64,000 nt of DNA from the human T2T-CHM13v2.0 reference genome, Homo sapiens. Under the pieces are notes generated by a model. That model saw only the letters and a program-made list of their open reading frames with translations, was not told the origin of the DNA and ran no database searches. Position 1 is the first letter of the stretch, and every line of letters begins with the position of its first letter. This document shows, one piece after another, positions 17,701 to 32,072 of the stretch. Both the position numbers and the translations under genes were made by a program. Location: contig CP068257.2 of the NCBI GenBank assembly GCA_009914755.4, positions 30,176,001 through 30,240,000 on the forward strand, read 5' to 3'.

Positions 17701-18098
17701 CTGCGGATACAGGAGAAGGCACACAACATGTTAATGAAGAAAAGCAGGTTATAAAACCTTGAAATGGAATCCCAATTTAACCACCTTCTCCCCCTCACAC
17801 CCACCTGTAGATAAAATTCTTGAAGGAAATGTACTACGTTGTCTATAGGCAGTAATATTATGCGTGGCTCTTATATTCTTATTTGTTCTTTTATCTCCTC
17901 CTATTTTCCAAATCTTTTTTTAAAAAAACACACAATTAACATTTTTACCCAGGAAATAACACTTTTTTTTTTTAAAGACAAAGAATTACCCAGATTGGTG
18001 ACAATATTGACTCAAAACCATCAACTGGATGTTTGCTCCTGTCTACGGCTGGGTTCCTGCTTGTTCATTATGTCTGCCGTAGGTTACATTTTTGGTCA

Positions 18099-18656
<558 letters not shown>

Positions 18657-19338
18657 TTATTTCATATCAAGGTCATATCCTACAAGGTGGCCGTTCTCAC
18701 AGGTTGGAGAGAGGAGTCTCCTGTTGAAGCTATTAGCAGGAACTTCAAGGAAAAGAGAGGAAAGACAGGAGTGTAAGCTGAATAGGTTGGGCTTATATAC
18801 ATATTCAACAGGATATAGGAGGAGCTATGAATATTCATGAAAGGGGGTTGTACACATGCATGACAAGCACACATGTGTTCCAAGTGACCCATGTTCACTT
18901 TGGGGTGGAGACTCAACATTTCCATGTATGACTGTTAGGCCCTGTATGTCAAAAGGTGAAGTGGGCACTCAGTGTGCAGCCTCTGTAAACTGGCTGGAAC
19001 CAGTCCATACACAGCGGTCGTCTTATCAGGAGAAAGTTATTGAAATCTGTCCCTTGTCCACTCAAAGCTGTAGTTACGGCTTGTGGAACAGGGGGTTATT
19101 TAGTCAGCATCTAGAGGAGGATGAGCTGTAATTGTTTTAATATTGCTTATCTAAATAAGCCAGTGCTTATTTAACTGCTAAAGACAAAGAAAAACCTTGT
19201 GGTAGTTAGAACATGCTGTATTCTTTAAGTGGAGGCTATGTGACTTAACCTTGCCTCTCATGGCCTTAGGTTCTGTTTACAAATTGGCATCCCATTGCCA
19301 CAAATAGTCTGTTCTTATGTCTTATCATCTATATTTTA

Positions 19339-19707
<369 letters not shown>

Positions 19708-20601
19708 TCATGAGGCATGTCTGACCTCCCATCCCATCATGGCTAAGAACTCAGTTTTTAAGGTTTCTTGGCCAAAGGGGGATCCATTAAGTTGGTTGGA
19801 AGGCTTAGGATTTTATTTCTGGCTTACAGAATGAAGGGGTTGTTCCTTAACCTTGGGGCCCAAAGTGAAAAGATATACAGAGGCAACCTGAAGACATTCT
19901 GACCCCTGGAGCAAAGCCACAGCTGACCTGCTGCCTTCATGTAACCAAAACGAGAAATTGAGGTTTGATGTGGAAGCCTCTGAGATTTTAGAATTGCTTG
20001 TAATCCAGCAATACATTTTTCTATTATAGATGATAACATCTCATAAGGCATAGCACAGCAGTGTGTTTACTACAAAATCTTGAATCTGGGTTAAGAGCAT
20101 GCCCTAGGTTCCATGCCGTGGGGTAAAGGTGAATGGGTGAATGGGTGAGGACTTAGGGGTGGTGTTAAAAAATTCAGGAAGATGCCTCTAAAAGGCACTA
20201 TTATGGGAGAAGGCAAATATTATGGGAAATGGGGTAGTAGGATGAGAGAATGGGGTGAGATGGTAGAGATGGAAAAAAGCGCATGGGAAAGGCATAATGC
20301 AAACTTGCATGCAGGCCTGGACAAGATGGAGAAAGAGGGGAAGATGCAGAGGAAGGAAGGCCCATGTAGTTCAAGAATAGTGCAGAAATGCTTTTCTCAG
20401 CCACCACTAGTGTCCTTTCTCTTCTTAAAAATGATGCTGGCATTACTTCTTTCTCAAGTGCACTTCTCACCTCATTTCCTTAGCTAGGAAGTGGAAAGTA
20501 CTCCAATGTGGGTTTTGATGAAAGTGTCTGCGGCCCCAGCTGCTGGATGCACCATGCTGCCCGTATTTCTTCCTTTCCAAACAAGGGCTTCCTTTTAGAT
20601 T

Positions 20602-20972
20602 GTGATATGGTTTGGCTGTGTCCCCACCCAAAACTCATCTTGACTTATAGCTCCCATAATTCCCACGTGTTGTGGGAGGGACCCAGTGGGAGGTAATTAA
20701 ATCATGGGGGTGGGTTATTCCCATGCTGTTCTCATGATAGTGAATAAGTCTCTCGAGATCTGATGGTTTTATAAGGGGAAACCTCTTTCACTTGGCTCTC
20801 ATTCTGTCTTGTCTGCTGCCATGTAAGACGTGCCTTTCGCCTTTCACCTTCCACCATGATTGTGAGGCCTCCCCAGTCACATGGAACTGTGAGTCCATTA
20901 AACCTCTTTTTACTTACAGATTACATAGCCTCAGTATGCCTTTATCAGCAGTGTGAAAACAAACTAATACAG
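20602..20972 (+). mobile_element. MaLR solo LTR, THE1/MST-type
   Basis: tgtgatatggtttggctgtgtccccacccaaaactcatcttgacttatagctcccataattcccacgtgttgtgggagggacccagtgggaggtaattaaatcatggggg ... ccatgattgtgaggcctccccagtcacatggaactgtgagtccattaaacctcttttt...aaactaatacag. Confidence 0.75.
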
Positions 20973-21885
20973 GTTGTCTTGTGTACATGGCTTTTTCTGG
21001 GCACTTGCATTTGAATTTTCCTTTTTTCTTAACCTAGGGGTTTCCAAATCTTGGGTCTACTCTTTCCTCTTCTATGTACATAATTTCTCACAGGGAATAT
21101 ACCAGCATCTTCAGCTTTGTATACAACACCTTTCTTCCTTCCTTGGGGAGAGTGAATAATTTGATGTCATCAACCCAAGACACTTCATTGAACATGGAGA
21201 TGTAGGTGGCAATAATTTAAATTCATACCTAATAACCAGCTTGCCTTTTTTATACTTTAAAGACTTTTTTTCCAAAAGAAAAAAATCTAATTATGCACAA
21301 GAGCAATTCACTCAGAATTAATTCACTAGGAATTAAATTGAAAAAAAAAGGTAAGGATGTTAACAATCCTTTAAAAAATAATTCAAATTAGAAACACTAA
21401 TTATAGGAACTCCTTTATATAACATGAAACACAGTTCTCTGAGGCATGGTGAAGAGGGCTGGCTGTAAAGCAAACTCTCAGAGAACAAAGTTTCTGATTT
21501 ATGGAGGAATTTGTTTGAACAAGGAATGCAATTTCCTTTGAGGAGTTACTGCTCAGATCTGTGATCACTGTCTGATCGTTTCTGGGGAGACCACAGGACA
21601 TAGCATGACCGACATTTTATTCTGGGATCAGAGCCTAAGGGCTCACCATCTTGAACTTAGGAAGTCAGAAAGGAAAGAAGTCAAATGTTTGGGTGGCCCC
21701 TCTAATCACAGCCTTCAGCTTTCTCGCAGAACAGGAGCACGCAGCGGGTGATAAGAGTGAGATTTCTGTCTGGGGGTGTCTCACCCAAAGCTTTTGTTCT
21801 TTGCATTTCAGCAAGTTTTCTTGAGGACAGGCAAGGATTGGGATCTGAGGGCCATTTTTCTGACTCCTTATTAAGGTTTTATTTG

Positions 21886-22192
<307 letters not shown>

Positions 22193-22320
22193 TCAAACTA
22201 TTGGGTTGTGTCCCAGTTTTTGGATTGTGAAATCAAATTAGCACAACTCAATATGTAATTTTGAAAAACAGAATAGAATAGAAAATGCCAGACTGCATTG
22301 GATACATGCATAAGGAGTGC

Positions 22321-22708
22321 TATGGGCTGAATCATATCCCCACAAATTCATATGTTGGAGTCCTAACCCCCGGTAGCTCAGAATATGACCTTATTTGGAG
22401 ATAGAGTTTTTTAAAGAGGTAATTAAGGTCAAATAAGGTTATTAGGGTGGACCCTATTCCAATATAACTGGTATCTTTATAAGAAAGGGAGATTAAGACA
22501 CAAACGCCCACTGAGGGAAGACCATGTGAGGACACAGGGAGAAGACAACCATCTACAATCCAAGGAAAGAGGCTTCAGAAGGAACCACCCTTGCTGACAC
22601 CTTGATCTTGGACTTCTGGCCTCCAGAACTGTGAGACAATAACTTTCTGTTGTTTGAGCCACCTGGTCTGTGATGCTTTGTTATGGAAGCCTGAGCAAAC
22701 TAATACAA
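22321..22708 (+). mobile_element. MaLR solo LTR (MLT/MST-type, older)
   Basis: ...caaattcatatgttggagtcctaaccccc...ttagggtggaccctattccaatataactggtatctttataagaaag...ccatgtgaggacacagggagaag...ccttgatcttggacttctggcctccagaactgtgagacaataactttctgttgtttgagccacc...aaactaatacaagg. Confidence 0.65.
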
Positions 22709-23045
22709 GGGGTAAGTATTATTTTGTGGAAACTTAATTTTGATTTTACATACACACATATACACACACTCATGCACACACACACATTCTTAAGATTTAT
22801 AGCCTAAAATGATTGAAAAATACTGGGTGGGAGTGAGCCCACAATGTTTCCATATTCAGGGAGCAACCAGAGAGATGGTTTGCACTCATCCAGGTGAGGA
22901 CAGTGAAGACAGGAAGTAAACTCTCACCATCAGAGCAAGCAAGGGCTGCCTGTTTATCCCTCAGTAGAAAGAGAAGCCTTGACTTGGCAGAGGGAAATCT
23001 CCTATCCCCGTATGTGAAATTCAGTGTTTCCTGTTTCGCCAGGGC

Positions 23046-23068
23046 CAAAAAAAAAAAAAAAAAAAAAA
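23046..23068. repeat. poly(A) tract (23 bp)
   Basis: gggccaaaaaaaaaaaaaaaaaaaaaaattg; may be tail of an unrecognised retroposed fragment upstream. Confidence 0.7.
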
Positions 23069-23522
23069 TTGTGTGTTAGAGCAACAATCTCTAAATGAAA
23101 ATTATTCATATTGATTTTTAAAAGGGGAGCAACTTATTACACAGTGAATTCCAGTTCCATTTGGAATTCACCCAAGAGCCTAGAAGAAAGCAAGAAAGTT
23201 TACGAGTCAGTGAGCCTAAGTGTCTTAAAATTCATGCCCTGAAGTTCACCTTTATTCGCAGGAAAACTCCTCTGGCTCTCATTCAGTCTCTTTATTCTTA
23301 TTTTAGACCCTAATAGTTTAAAAAGAAGTATTATTTTAAATTTAAAACATGTGAAAAGCTATTGTATTTGTTGGCCAAAATCCGGGGTGGAGTCTTTCCT
23401 TTAATTCCAGTGAATTCTTGGGGATGGGATAAATGTTGTAGGATGTCTGCAGACATAGATTCTTCAAAGAGTCATTTTGCTCTCTCTTTATTTTCATTCA
23501 GAAATTATAATACATCTTTTAG

Positions 23523-23878
<356 letters not shown>

Positions 23879-24319
23879 CTAAGCAACACAAGAGCCACCA
23901 ACTTGTAGGGGACCCTGAAACTGGGATCTGCTCAGGAGGGGAAAGTGCTGGAACTTTCAGGGCCTCTCTTGGGGCAAATGTGACTGACAGCTACAGCATT
24001 TAATCACATCTCCATGACTAGGCCTGCCCCTTTTTGGTCTTTGGGATAGATTTCTTGCACAGGCTTTGCAAGCCTCTATGTGTTGAATTTCTTGCAGTGC
24101 TGTGGAATTTCTCTCTCTGAACCAGGTATGTGCGGTTCTTATTCCTTAAATACAACATCTGTCTGTGTTAATTTGTTCTTTTGTCCCCCCAGAATGAGAA
24201 GGGGGAATTATAAATGGTGAGGAGAAGTAGCACTAGGCTTTTAAAGGGGAATTTGGCCCAGCGTCTCTCAGAATAAACAACCAGAATTCTAGCATCCTCA
24301 TTCTACCATATTAATTTGA

Positions 24320-25010
24320 CATATTTCACACATACCGAGCAGTCTGATTCCCTAGTTCACAGCAGACTGGAACAGTAAATTGGAAAATCGAGCATGCTGA
24401 CAAGAGCAAAGACAACAGCTACTGGAATAATCAGAAGAGTGACGACCAAAATATTACAGCTAGACTTAACAACCTGAGAAGGCATCTCCTGGGGCCATTT
24501 AGTGCAGGAAGAACCCACCCTGCATACCTCGGTAGCCACTGAGGGCACGATGGTGTTTCAGACCCAATGACACCTTTGAGTAATCAAGAAGGAAAGCCAT
24601 GACGCCACTGAGTAATGCCAAAGACTCTCTACTTGGCCAAACTTCAGTCAGGCTCCTCCAAGTCCTCTTTTCAACTAGGCTTCGGCCTTGGCCACTGTTC
24701 TTGCCAGGCCTGCCTAGCTCAGTTGTAGCAAGAATCCCGCTAAGTCCATTTAGACAGAGTCCCCCTACCCTTGCTATCTTACCACCCTGGGCTGCCTTCA
24801 GCAAGCATCCTGTTAAGTCAGTTTAGAGAGTCCTCATACCCCTGATGTCTCCTCGTAGTAATTTCCCTTCCACTGACCTTCTCCCCTGCTCACTGGCTAT
24901 AAATCCCCAGATGTCTTTGCTATATTTGGTGATGAGCCTAATCTCCTTCCTCTATTGCAGTAGTTTTGACACAAATTGCAATAATCCCAAATAAAGTCTT
25001 CCTTACCATT
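24320..25010 (+). other. Candidate solo LTR-like element (unclassified) with TATA and AATAAA signals
   Basis: ctgctcactggctataaatccccagatgtc (TATA-like) and caataatcccaaataaagtcttcc (poly-A signal) about 100 bp apart; internal imperfect direct repeat gctaagtccatttagacagagtcc / tgttaagtcagtttagagagtcct. Confidence 0.25.
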
Positions 25011-25921
25011 TTAACAAGTGTCAGAATAATTTTTTTCTTCAGTAGTAATCAAGAACATAAACTCATTGCAGTAGTTTCAATGCAGATGTTTCAGCTATTT
25101 GCTGTCCCAGTTCCAGGAAATTTAGGCACTAGCTCCTGCCCATTTTCCTCAGGATAGCACAAACCTGAAAGAAGAGCTAAGATAATTATTATTTTACTTG
25201 GTTTTTCCAAAGGCAAGGGTGTGTAAGTTGTTGACAAGAGTCCCCAGTTGAACCTAGCCCACACCTGTTTGGCTTGTGTCTTGCTCTTGTGTAGAGCTGT
25301 GTCCCCAGAAGGGATGCCTTTTTTTTAATCTTTGCAGAAGCACTATCAGTTCACCAAAGTGTGCACCTGTTGGGCCCATTCCCCTGCAGGGTTGCATTTA
25401 AACACCAGTTCAAGATGTGTTTTGGAAAAATAGTCAAAACACAAAGGAATGGGTAAGACAGGGCAAAAGATTAATTTGCTCAAACACATTCAGTATCAAA
25501 TCGACTGTAACTAAAAGAACAATAACTATCTGCAAGTTGAGTCATCTACCTGCAGGGCAGTGCTTCTCAAATCTCAGTGTGCATCAGAATCACCTGGAGG
25601 GGCAGATTCCTAGGTTAAACCTCAGCTTTCACTGAATTCAGTTGCACTAGACTGGGGCCCTGGGATCTGTGTTTTAAATAAGTACTTATGTGATTTAGGT
25701 GTTCGAGGCTCTTGGACCACACTTTGGAAATCACTGTCTGGAAAGACTGTGGGATCCACTTAGGGAAAAAAAACCTCTGCTCTTTTGGTCTATGGGAATA
25801 CCCTAGTAGGCAGATTTTGGTTGTCCACCTCTGTGGCTAGAGTTTGGAAGAAGTGATGTGAGCAAAGACAGTACTGCATTGTTATGTGTGATCAAGCAAT
25901 AAGAATCTAGAATTGCTAGAA

Positions 25922-25966
25922 CTTCTTCTTCTTCTTCCTCTTCTTCTCCTCCTTCTTCTTTCTTCG
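25922..25966. repeat. (CTT)n-like pyrimidine triplet repeat
   Basis: cttcttcttcttcttcctcttcttctcctccttcttctttcttc. Confidence 0.6.
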
Positions 25967-26109
25967 ACAAGGTCTTGCTCTGCTACCCAGGCTGGAGGCA
26001 GTGGCATGATCATAGCTCATTGCAGCCTTGAACTCCTGGGCTCAAGTGATTCTCCTGCCCCGGTCTCTCTAAGTGTTGGGATTATAGGCATGAGCCATTA
26101 TGCCCAGCC
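25967..26109 (-). mobile_element. Alu right-arm fragment (monomer only)
   Basis: gacaaggtcttgctctgctacccaggctggaggcagtggcatgatcatagctcattgcagccttgaactcctgggctcaagtgattctcctgcc...ggattataggcatgagccattatgcccagcc. Confidence 0.7.
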
Positions 26110-26589
26110 TAGAAGCTTCTTAAAAGTGGAAGAGGATCTCTCATGAGAGAGGAGGAGCCCAGTGACCTGGTAGGAGGCCAGAGCCAGGGGAAAAGATGGG
26201 CTGAGAAAAGTTCCCAGTGGTGGGAGTAAACAAGAAACTTTTCAGAACTGTGATGTTGCCTATTTAAGTTGTTTGCCATTATAAATCATAATGCCCTTCA
26301 ATGGCCCTCCAATCCCCAGTAAATCTGTTATACAAACTGGTCTTGGACCAGAAGTGGGTGAGGAGGTGATGGGTCTGCGGAGAGGGTGCACAGAGAGGGA
26401 ACTGAGAGCCTTAGTTGGGAGGCAGGAAGGCAGGGAAGCTGGCTGAAGCAAGCCCCAGTCAAAGTGGGGAGCAACACACCCACACCCTCTTTCTCGCCAG
26501 AGGTACTAAAGCAGTGGTGTCTTACCATTTCTGCTCAGGCACCTCTATCAGTAAAGAAAAATTTTGGACATGGACACTATATTCCATTG

Positions 26590-26940
26590 TATGGAATTGA
26601 TTGATTCTACATTAAGTTTGCTCAATGCAAGGATCATGAGGATGAAGACCTTTATGATGACCCACTTCCACTTGATGAGTAGTAAATATATGTTCTCTTT
26701 CTTTTGATTTCCATAACATTTTCTTTTCTCTAACTTACTTTATTTTAAGAATACAGTGTCTAATACATAGAACATACAAAATTAGTATTAACCAACTGCT
26801 TATTTTATTGGTAAGGCTTTCAGTCAACATAGGCTACTGGTAGTGAAGTTTTTGGGGAGTGAAAGTTATACACAGATTTTAGACTGCACGACGGGGTCAG
26901 CCCTCCTAACCTCCACATTATTCAAGGATGAACCTTATAA
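26590..26940 (+). mobile_element. Tigger-like (TcMar) DNA-transposon terminal fragment
   Basis: ...aaggctttcagtcaacataggctactggtagtgaagtttttggggagtgaaagttatacacagattttagactgcacgacggggtcagccctcctaacctccacattattcaaggatgaacc resembles Tigger 3' terminus (...gactgcgcgggggtcggcgcccctaacccccgcgttgttcaagggtcaactg). Confidence 0.4.
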
Positions 26941-27104
26941 CTATATAACACATATAATATGCATGCTACTGTACTAATGTATTATTGACATTACAAAAAA
27001 TAGGGTAAAAATAAGAAATCAGTATAAAAGTTCTAATAATGTACTTTTGTACTCCAGTCAACTGAGTTGAGTAGCCATGGAGCACATGGGCTCTACATAG
27101 AAAA

Positions 27105-27450
27105 GCCTGATCTTATCCTAAGCGAACTAACACAGCCACAGAAAACCAAATACTGCATGTTCTCAGCTATAAGTGGGAGCTAAACATTGAGAACACGTGG
27201 ACACAAAGAAGGGACAACAGACACCGGGGCCTGTTTGAGGGTGGAAAGTGGGAGGAGAGAGAAGATAAAAAAACTACCTGCTTGGTACTATGCGTCTTAC
27301 CAGGTGATGCAATAATCTGTACACAAAACCCCAGTGGTATGCAATTTACCTATACAACAAACCTGCACCTACTAGGCACATGTACCCTGAACCTAAAATA
27401 AAAGTTAAAAAAACCATAAACACATTAATTAATTAATTAATTAATTAAGA
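27105..27450 (+). mobile_element. 5'-truncated L1PA-type 3' end (about 340 bp) with (TTAA)n tail
   Basis: agcgaactaacacagccacagaaaaccaaatactgcatgttctcagctataagtgggagctaaacattgagaacacgtggacacaaagaagggacaacagacaccggggcctgtttgagggtggaaagtgggagg...cacatgtaccctgaacctaaaataaaagttaaaaaaacc...ttaattaattaattaattaattaag. Confidence 0.75.
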
Positions 27451-27825
27451 AGAAAATAGGGGAAGGACAGCCCTTACTGTTATATGAATAGGGCCTGTTT
27501 AGTCAGCAGACACTTGGATTACTCAGCTACCCAAACTGAGAAGGGTTCCATGATTAGACTCAATTTTGGGGTCAAACCATGGTGCTTTTTGTGCTTCTCA
27601 AACATTGGTCTGTAGATCTTCTGTCAGAAAGAAAGCCCATGAGAAATATACCTCAATGATAACTAATCATGCTCATGAATTAAAAGGGAGGGAAAAACCC
27701 CAGTAACTTCCTCAGGGCAGCAACCTTAAGACACTCCATTCTTGTAGCTAAGCATTAGCTCGGAGCTCTTGATCAGGAATCCTTGGATTCTCATGAAGAC
27801 AAGAGCAGGACATCAAGAGAGGTGG

Positions 27826-28209
27826 CTGATATGGTTAGGCTTTGTGTTCTATAGGCTTTGTGTTCCCAGCCAAATCTCATCTTGAATTGTAATCCCCAGG
27901 TGTTGAGAGACCCCAGGTGGGAAGTGGCTGGATCATGGAGGTGGCTTCCACGCTGCTGTTCTCGTGATAGTGAGGGAGATCTCAGGAAATGTGATGGTTT
28001 TATAAATGCCAGTTTCCCCTGGGCTCTTCTGTCTTTCCTGCCACCTTGTGAAGAAGTTACTTGCTTCTCCTTTGCCTTCCGCCATGATTGTAAGTTTCCT
28101 GAGGTCTCCCCAGCCATGTGGAACTGTGAGTCAATTAAACCTCTTTTGTTTATAAATTACCCAGTTTCAGATACTATCTCTATAGCAGTGCAAGAATGGA
28201 CTAATACAG
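27826..28209 (+). mobile_element. MaLR solo LTR, MST-type
   Basis: tgatatggttaggctttgtgtt...cccagccaaatctcatcttgaattgtaatccccaggtgttgagagacc...ccgccatgattgtaagtttcctgaggtctccccagccatgtggaactgtgagtcaattaaacctcttttgtttataaattacccagtttcag...aatggactaatacag. Confidence 0.75.
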
Positions 28210-28269
28210 TGCCCACACCGAAAGGTTGGAGGTGATACCTTTTACCAGGGCTCTGGGTCCCAGCTTTTG

Positions 28270-29830
28270 GGGACCTTGCTTTTGTTTGTTTGCTTATATT
28301 TATTTTATTGCGGTAAAATATATATAACATAAAATTATCCATTTTAACCATTTTAAAGTGTCGTTAAGTGCACTCACAATGTTGTGCAACTGTTACACTA
28401 TCTATCTGGTTCTAAAACTTTTTCATCACCTTAAACAGAACTTCTTAAACAGAAATACGGAAGTTCTTTTTGTGTCTGGCTTATTTCACTCAGCGTAATG
28501 TTTTCAAGGTTCGATTATGTTGTAGCATGTGTCAGAACTTCATTCCTTTCTTTGGCTCAATAATATTTCATTGTATGAATAAACCATATCGTGTTTATCC
28601 ATTCATCTGTTGATGAACACGGGTTGTTTCTTCTACCTTTTGACTATTATGAATAATGCTGCAATGACCACTGGTGTACACGTATCTGGTTGAGTCACTG
28701 TTGCCACTTCTTTTGGGTAAGGAATGGGATTGCTGTGTCATATGGTAATTCTATGTTTAGTTTTTTGAGGAACCACTAAACTGTTTTCCACAAAGACTGC
28801 ACCATTTTACATCCCTACCAGTAAGTATGAAAGTTCCAGTTTCTTTACCTGCTCTACAATATTTGTTCATTTCAATTTTTAAAAATGGCAGCCATCCTAT
28901 TAGGTGTGAAGTGGTATCTCATTGTGGTTTTAGTGCGCATTTCCCTAATGACTAATGACACTGAGCATCTTTTATGTGCTTATTAACCATTTATGTAACT
29001 TCTTTGGAGAAATGTATATTCAAGTCCTTTGCACGTGTTTTAATTCAGTTGTTTGTCTTTTTGTTGTTGACTTACAGGTTTTCTTTATATAGTCTGGATA
29101 CTAAACCCTTGTGAGATAAGTAATTTGCAAATATTTTCTCCCATTCTGTTGGCTGTCTTTTCACTTTCTTGATAATGTTCTTTGATGAACAAAAGTTTCA
29201 AATTTTGATCAAGTCTAGTTTATTTATATTTTCTTTTGTGGCTTGTGTTTCTGGTGCCATATCTAAGATGCCATTGCCAAATTCAAGGGCTCAGAAATGT
29301 ACCTTTATATTTCCTTTGAGGAGTTTTATTGTTTTAGCTGTTATATTTAGGTCATTGATCTATTTTGAGTTAGCTTTTTTATATGGTGTAAGATAAGGGT
29401 CCAACTTCAATTCATTCTTTTACATGTGAAAATTCAGTTGTCCCAGCACCATCTGTTGAAGAGACTGTTATTTTCCTATTGAATGGTCTTGGCATCCTTG
29501 TCAAAAATCAATTGGCCATATATGCATGGATTTATTTTTGGACTCTTAATTCTTTTCCATTGGTCTATATGTCTACCCTTATGCCAGTACCACATTGCTT
29601 TGATTACTTTTGTTTTAGAAGTAAGTTTTGAAATTGGGACTTGAGCCCTCTGATTTTGTTCTTTTTTTTTTCAAGATTATTTTAGCTATCCAGAGCCCCC
29701 TTGGAATTCCATATAAATGTGAGGATCAGTTTTTCTATTTTTGCAAAACAGTTTGTTGCAATTTTGACAGGGACTGCTTGGAATCTGTAGATCACTTTGG
29801 GTACAACTCTGTTTTTTTTTTTTTTTTCCT
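28270..29830 (-). mobile_element. Ancient L1 (L1M-class) ORF2 C-terminus/3' UTR fragment
   Basis: RC of old-L1 3' region: ...ataaaattatccattttaaccattttaaagtg...ttcattcctttctttggctcaataatatttcattgtatg...ccattcatctgttgatgaacac...cattgtggttttagtgcgcatttccctaatgactaatgacactgagcatcttttatgtgc... Confidence 0.55.
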
Positions 29831-30246
29831 GGACTATTAGAATTATTGGGAAGGCTTCTTACCTGGTTCCAGAGGTGCTAACCTTGAATCTCCTTAGCCA
29901 GGAGGCTTAATAACTTCTCAACACTCTGTACATGGTGAGGTTGGAGCAGGGAAATCAGTCAGAATGTTCATTGCCTATCTTTTCTCCCAGAGCTGGCTGA
30001 ACACAACATTCAAAATACCAACACATCTCTCTTGCATTTGTTCCAGCCTGGAGACCACACTTTAGAACCCACTGTCTTAGTGGGTTGATGAATCAGCATC
30101 CAATTGAGGAACTGAAATTGGACCAGCTGGGTGTTTAGAGGCTCAGTTGGAAAGCAGACACTGAACTAGCTCTTAGATTTCCAGTAAGTTTTCCCCTTTT
30201 GTTAATGTACTTTATCACTTTTGTAGTTAAATATATTTTGCAGCTC

Positions 30247-30345
30247 ATATATATACACACATATATATATGTGTGTGTGTGTATATATATATAGCCTATA
30301 TATACATATATATGTATATATAGGCTATATATATATATAGGCTAG
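30247..30345. repeat. (TA)n/(TG)n microsatellite containing a perfect 36 bp palindrome
   Basis: catatatatacacacatatatatatgtgtgtgtgtgtatatatatatagcctatatatacatatatatgtatatataggctatatatatatataggcta; TAGCCTATATATACATATATATGTATATATAGGCTA (30292-30327) equals its own reverse complement. Confidence 0.85.
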
Positions 30346-31739
30346 GAATGCATTCAGTTGCATGTAACAGAAGATTTATTTTTTCACACAACGAGAAGTC
30401 CAAAGGTAGGTGGCTCTTGGCATTAGTTCAGGCACTCAAAGATCTCAGGGCTGGCATCCTTGCAGTACTTTTTGTCTTTCTCTCACGATCTCAAGATGGC
30501 TTCACCACGCCAAATATCACATCTACATTCATAACAGGAAAGGGTGGGAGAAGCACCCCAGAGCTTATATTGAGAAGACAGAAGCTTTCCAGGAAGCCCT
30601 AGAAGACTTTCCATTATCTTTTGTTAATTAGAATTGTATCCCATGGCTCTCTGTAGGTGAAAAGGAACTGGAACCTTAGGGAATAGGATTGTCATGATTG
30701 GCTTTAACCAATCCTGATCCATTGCCTGAAGCTGAGCACATTACCTTCCTAAATAAAATTGGAATTTTGTTGGCAAGGAATAAGGAGCAGCAAGATATCA
30801 GTGTACTGCTTAGGTATATACACTTATATGGTTATTTTATTATCTATTTTCTTAAGCAGTTTCTACCTCTGAGGGCCTGTTCTCATCCCTGCTATTCTAA
30901 GAATATAGAATAACCAGAAATTGTCTCGTCCTATCTATTTTTCCATTTGGGCCTGGATGGTGGCTTGGTGCCTGGTGAAGTAGAGATGGCAGGATGTGGC
31001 CTTAGGCTATAAGCAAATGTGAGCAGGCTTACAGGCGCTGTGTCTTTAAGGCCCCGAGTTCACACTATTCATGATATGTTTCCTAATTATTTCCTTTAAA
31101 TGTTGAAAGTGCTTTCTTTTCTTGCCCTTTAGGGGGAAAAACCAAGTTTCAAAAAAAGCATCCCATCAATGATTCAATCAAAGAAATGTCATTAATGAGA
31201 AGAGAGAAAAAAAAGTCCTCCAACATTGTATTTGGGTAGATTTCAACAGTTAATTTGTATTTCAAAATGTGAATGTAAATTAAAAGGCTAAATACTTGAA
31301 AGTCAAAAGTATTCCTTATTTGACATTAAAGTCAGCGAATTGATCATATTTGCTGAATGTAGTTAGTAAAAAGTGCTAATTTATGGCTAAGTAATTAAAC
31401 AGGGAGACAGATGGAGAATCAAATGAGTTTTCTTCACATTCAAATTTGCATACTGTTTCTGATGGTGCATACGCTTATTGCTCTGTGTGGTGCCCTCCAG
31501 TATTAGAAGAACATAGAGAGCTATTTATGTCAGCTTTGCTCAAGCAACCCCAAAGAAAGAAAAGGGGAATTATATCAAGTCCTAGACTTAGATAAAATAC
31601 AGAGCTCAGTTAGATGTTCTCTTCTGTTTCTCGCTCATTCATCATTTTTGCTTCCATGTCATAGTGGGTAGAATAGGCAACTGTCAAATAGTGGAATTTT
31701 CTCCTTTCTCCATTGTATCATGGAAAACGCCATGGCGTG

Positions 31740-32072
31740 GGAATCAGAAGATGGTCTAATTTTAGCTTTCTCAGTAACTAGTTGTGTGACATTGGACAAT
31801 TCTGTTCTCTCCAGTCTTAGTTGCCTCATTTGACATTTGAGTTTAATGTTGCCTAGGTTATTTCTAAGCAGTATGGCACAGTGGAGAAAGCAAGGACTCT
31901 AATTTTGATCTTGGATCAGCCACCTACCAGCTGAGTGATCTTGGATAACTTAGTTTAACCACTGTGTGCTACAGGTTCTTATTAGCAAAATGAGGATGTT
32001 TGGTGATCATTTTATGCAAAGCCCTTAGAACAGTGCCTGGAATATAAGCACCTCTCGATGTTAGCTGTTTTG
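31740..32072 (+). repeat. Two adjacent MIR SINE relics
   Basis: 31745-31850 ...cagtaactagttgtgtgacattggacaattctgttctctccagtcttagttgcctcatttgac (MIR core) and 31862-32072 gcagtatggcacagtggagaaagcaaggac...ccagctgagtgatcttggataacttagtttaacc...cccttagaacagtgcctggaatataagcacctc (MIR 5' to 3'). Confidence 0.55.

Noticed and set aside
22790-23068. Possible SINE or retroposed fragment ending in the 23 bp poly-A at 23046
   Set aside because: The upstream 250 bp did not match any consensus I can recall (not Alu, MIR or L1 3' end), so only the poly-A is annotated
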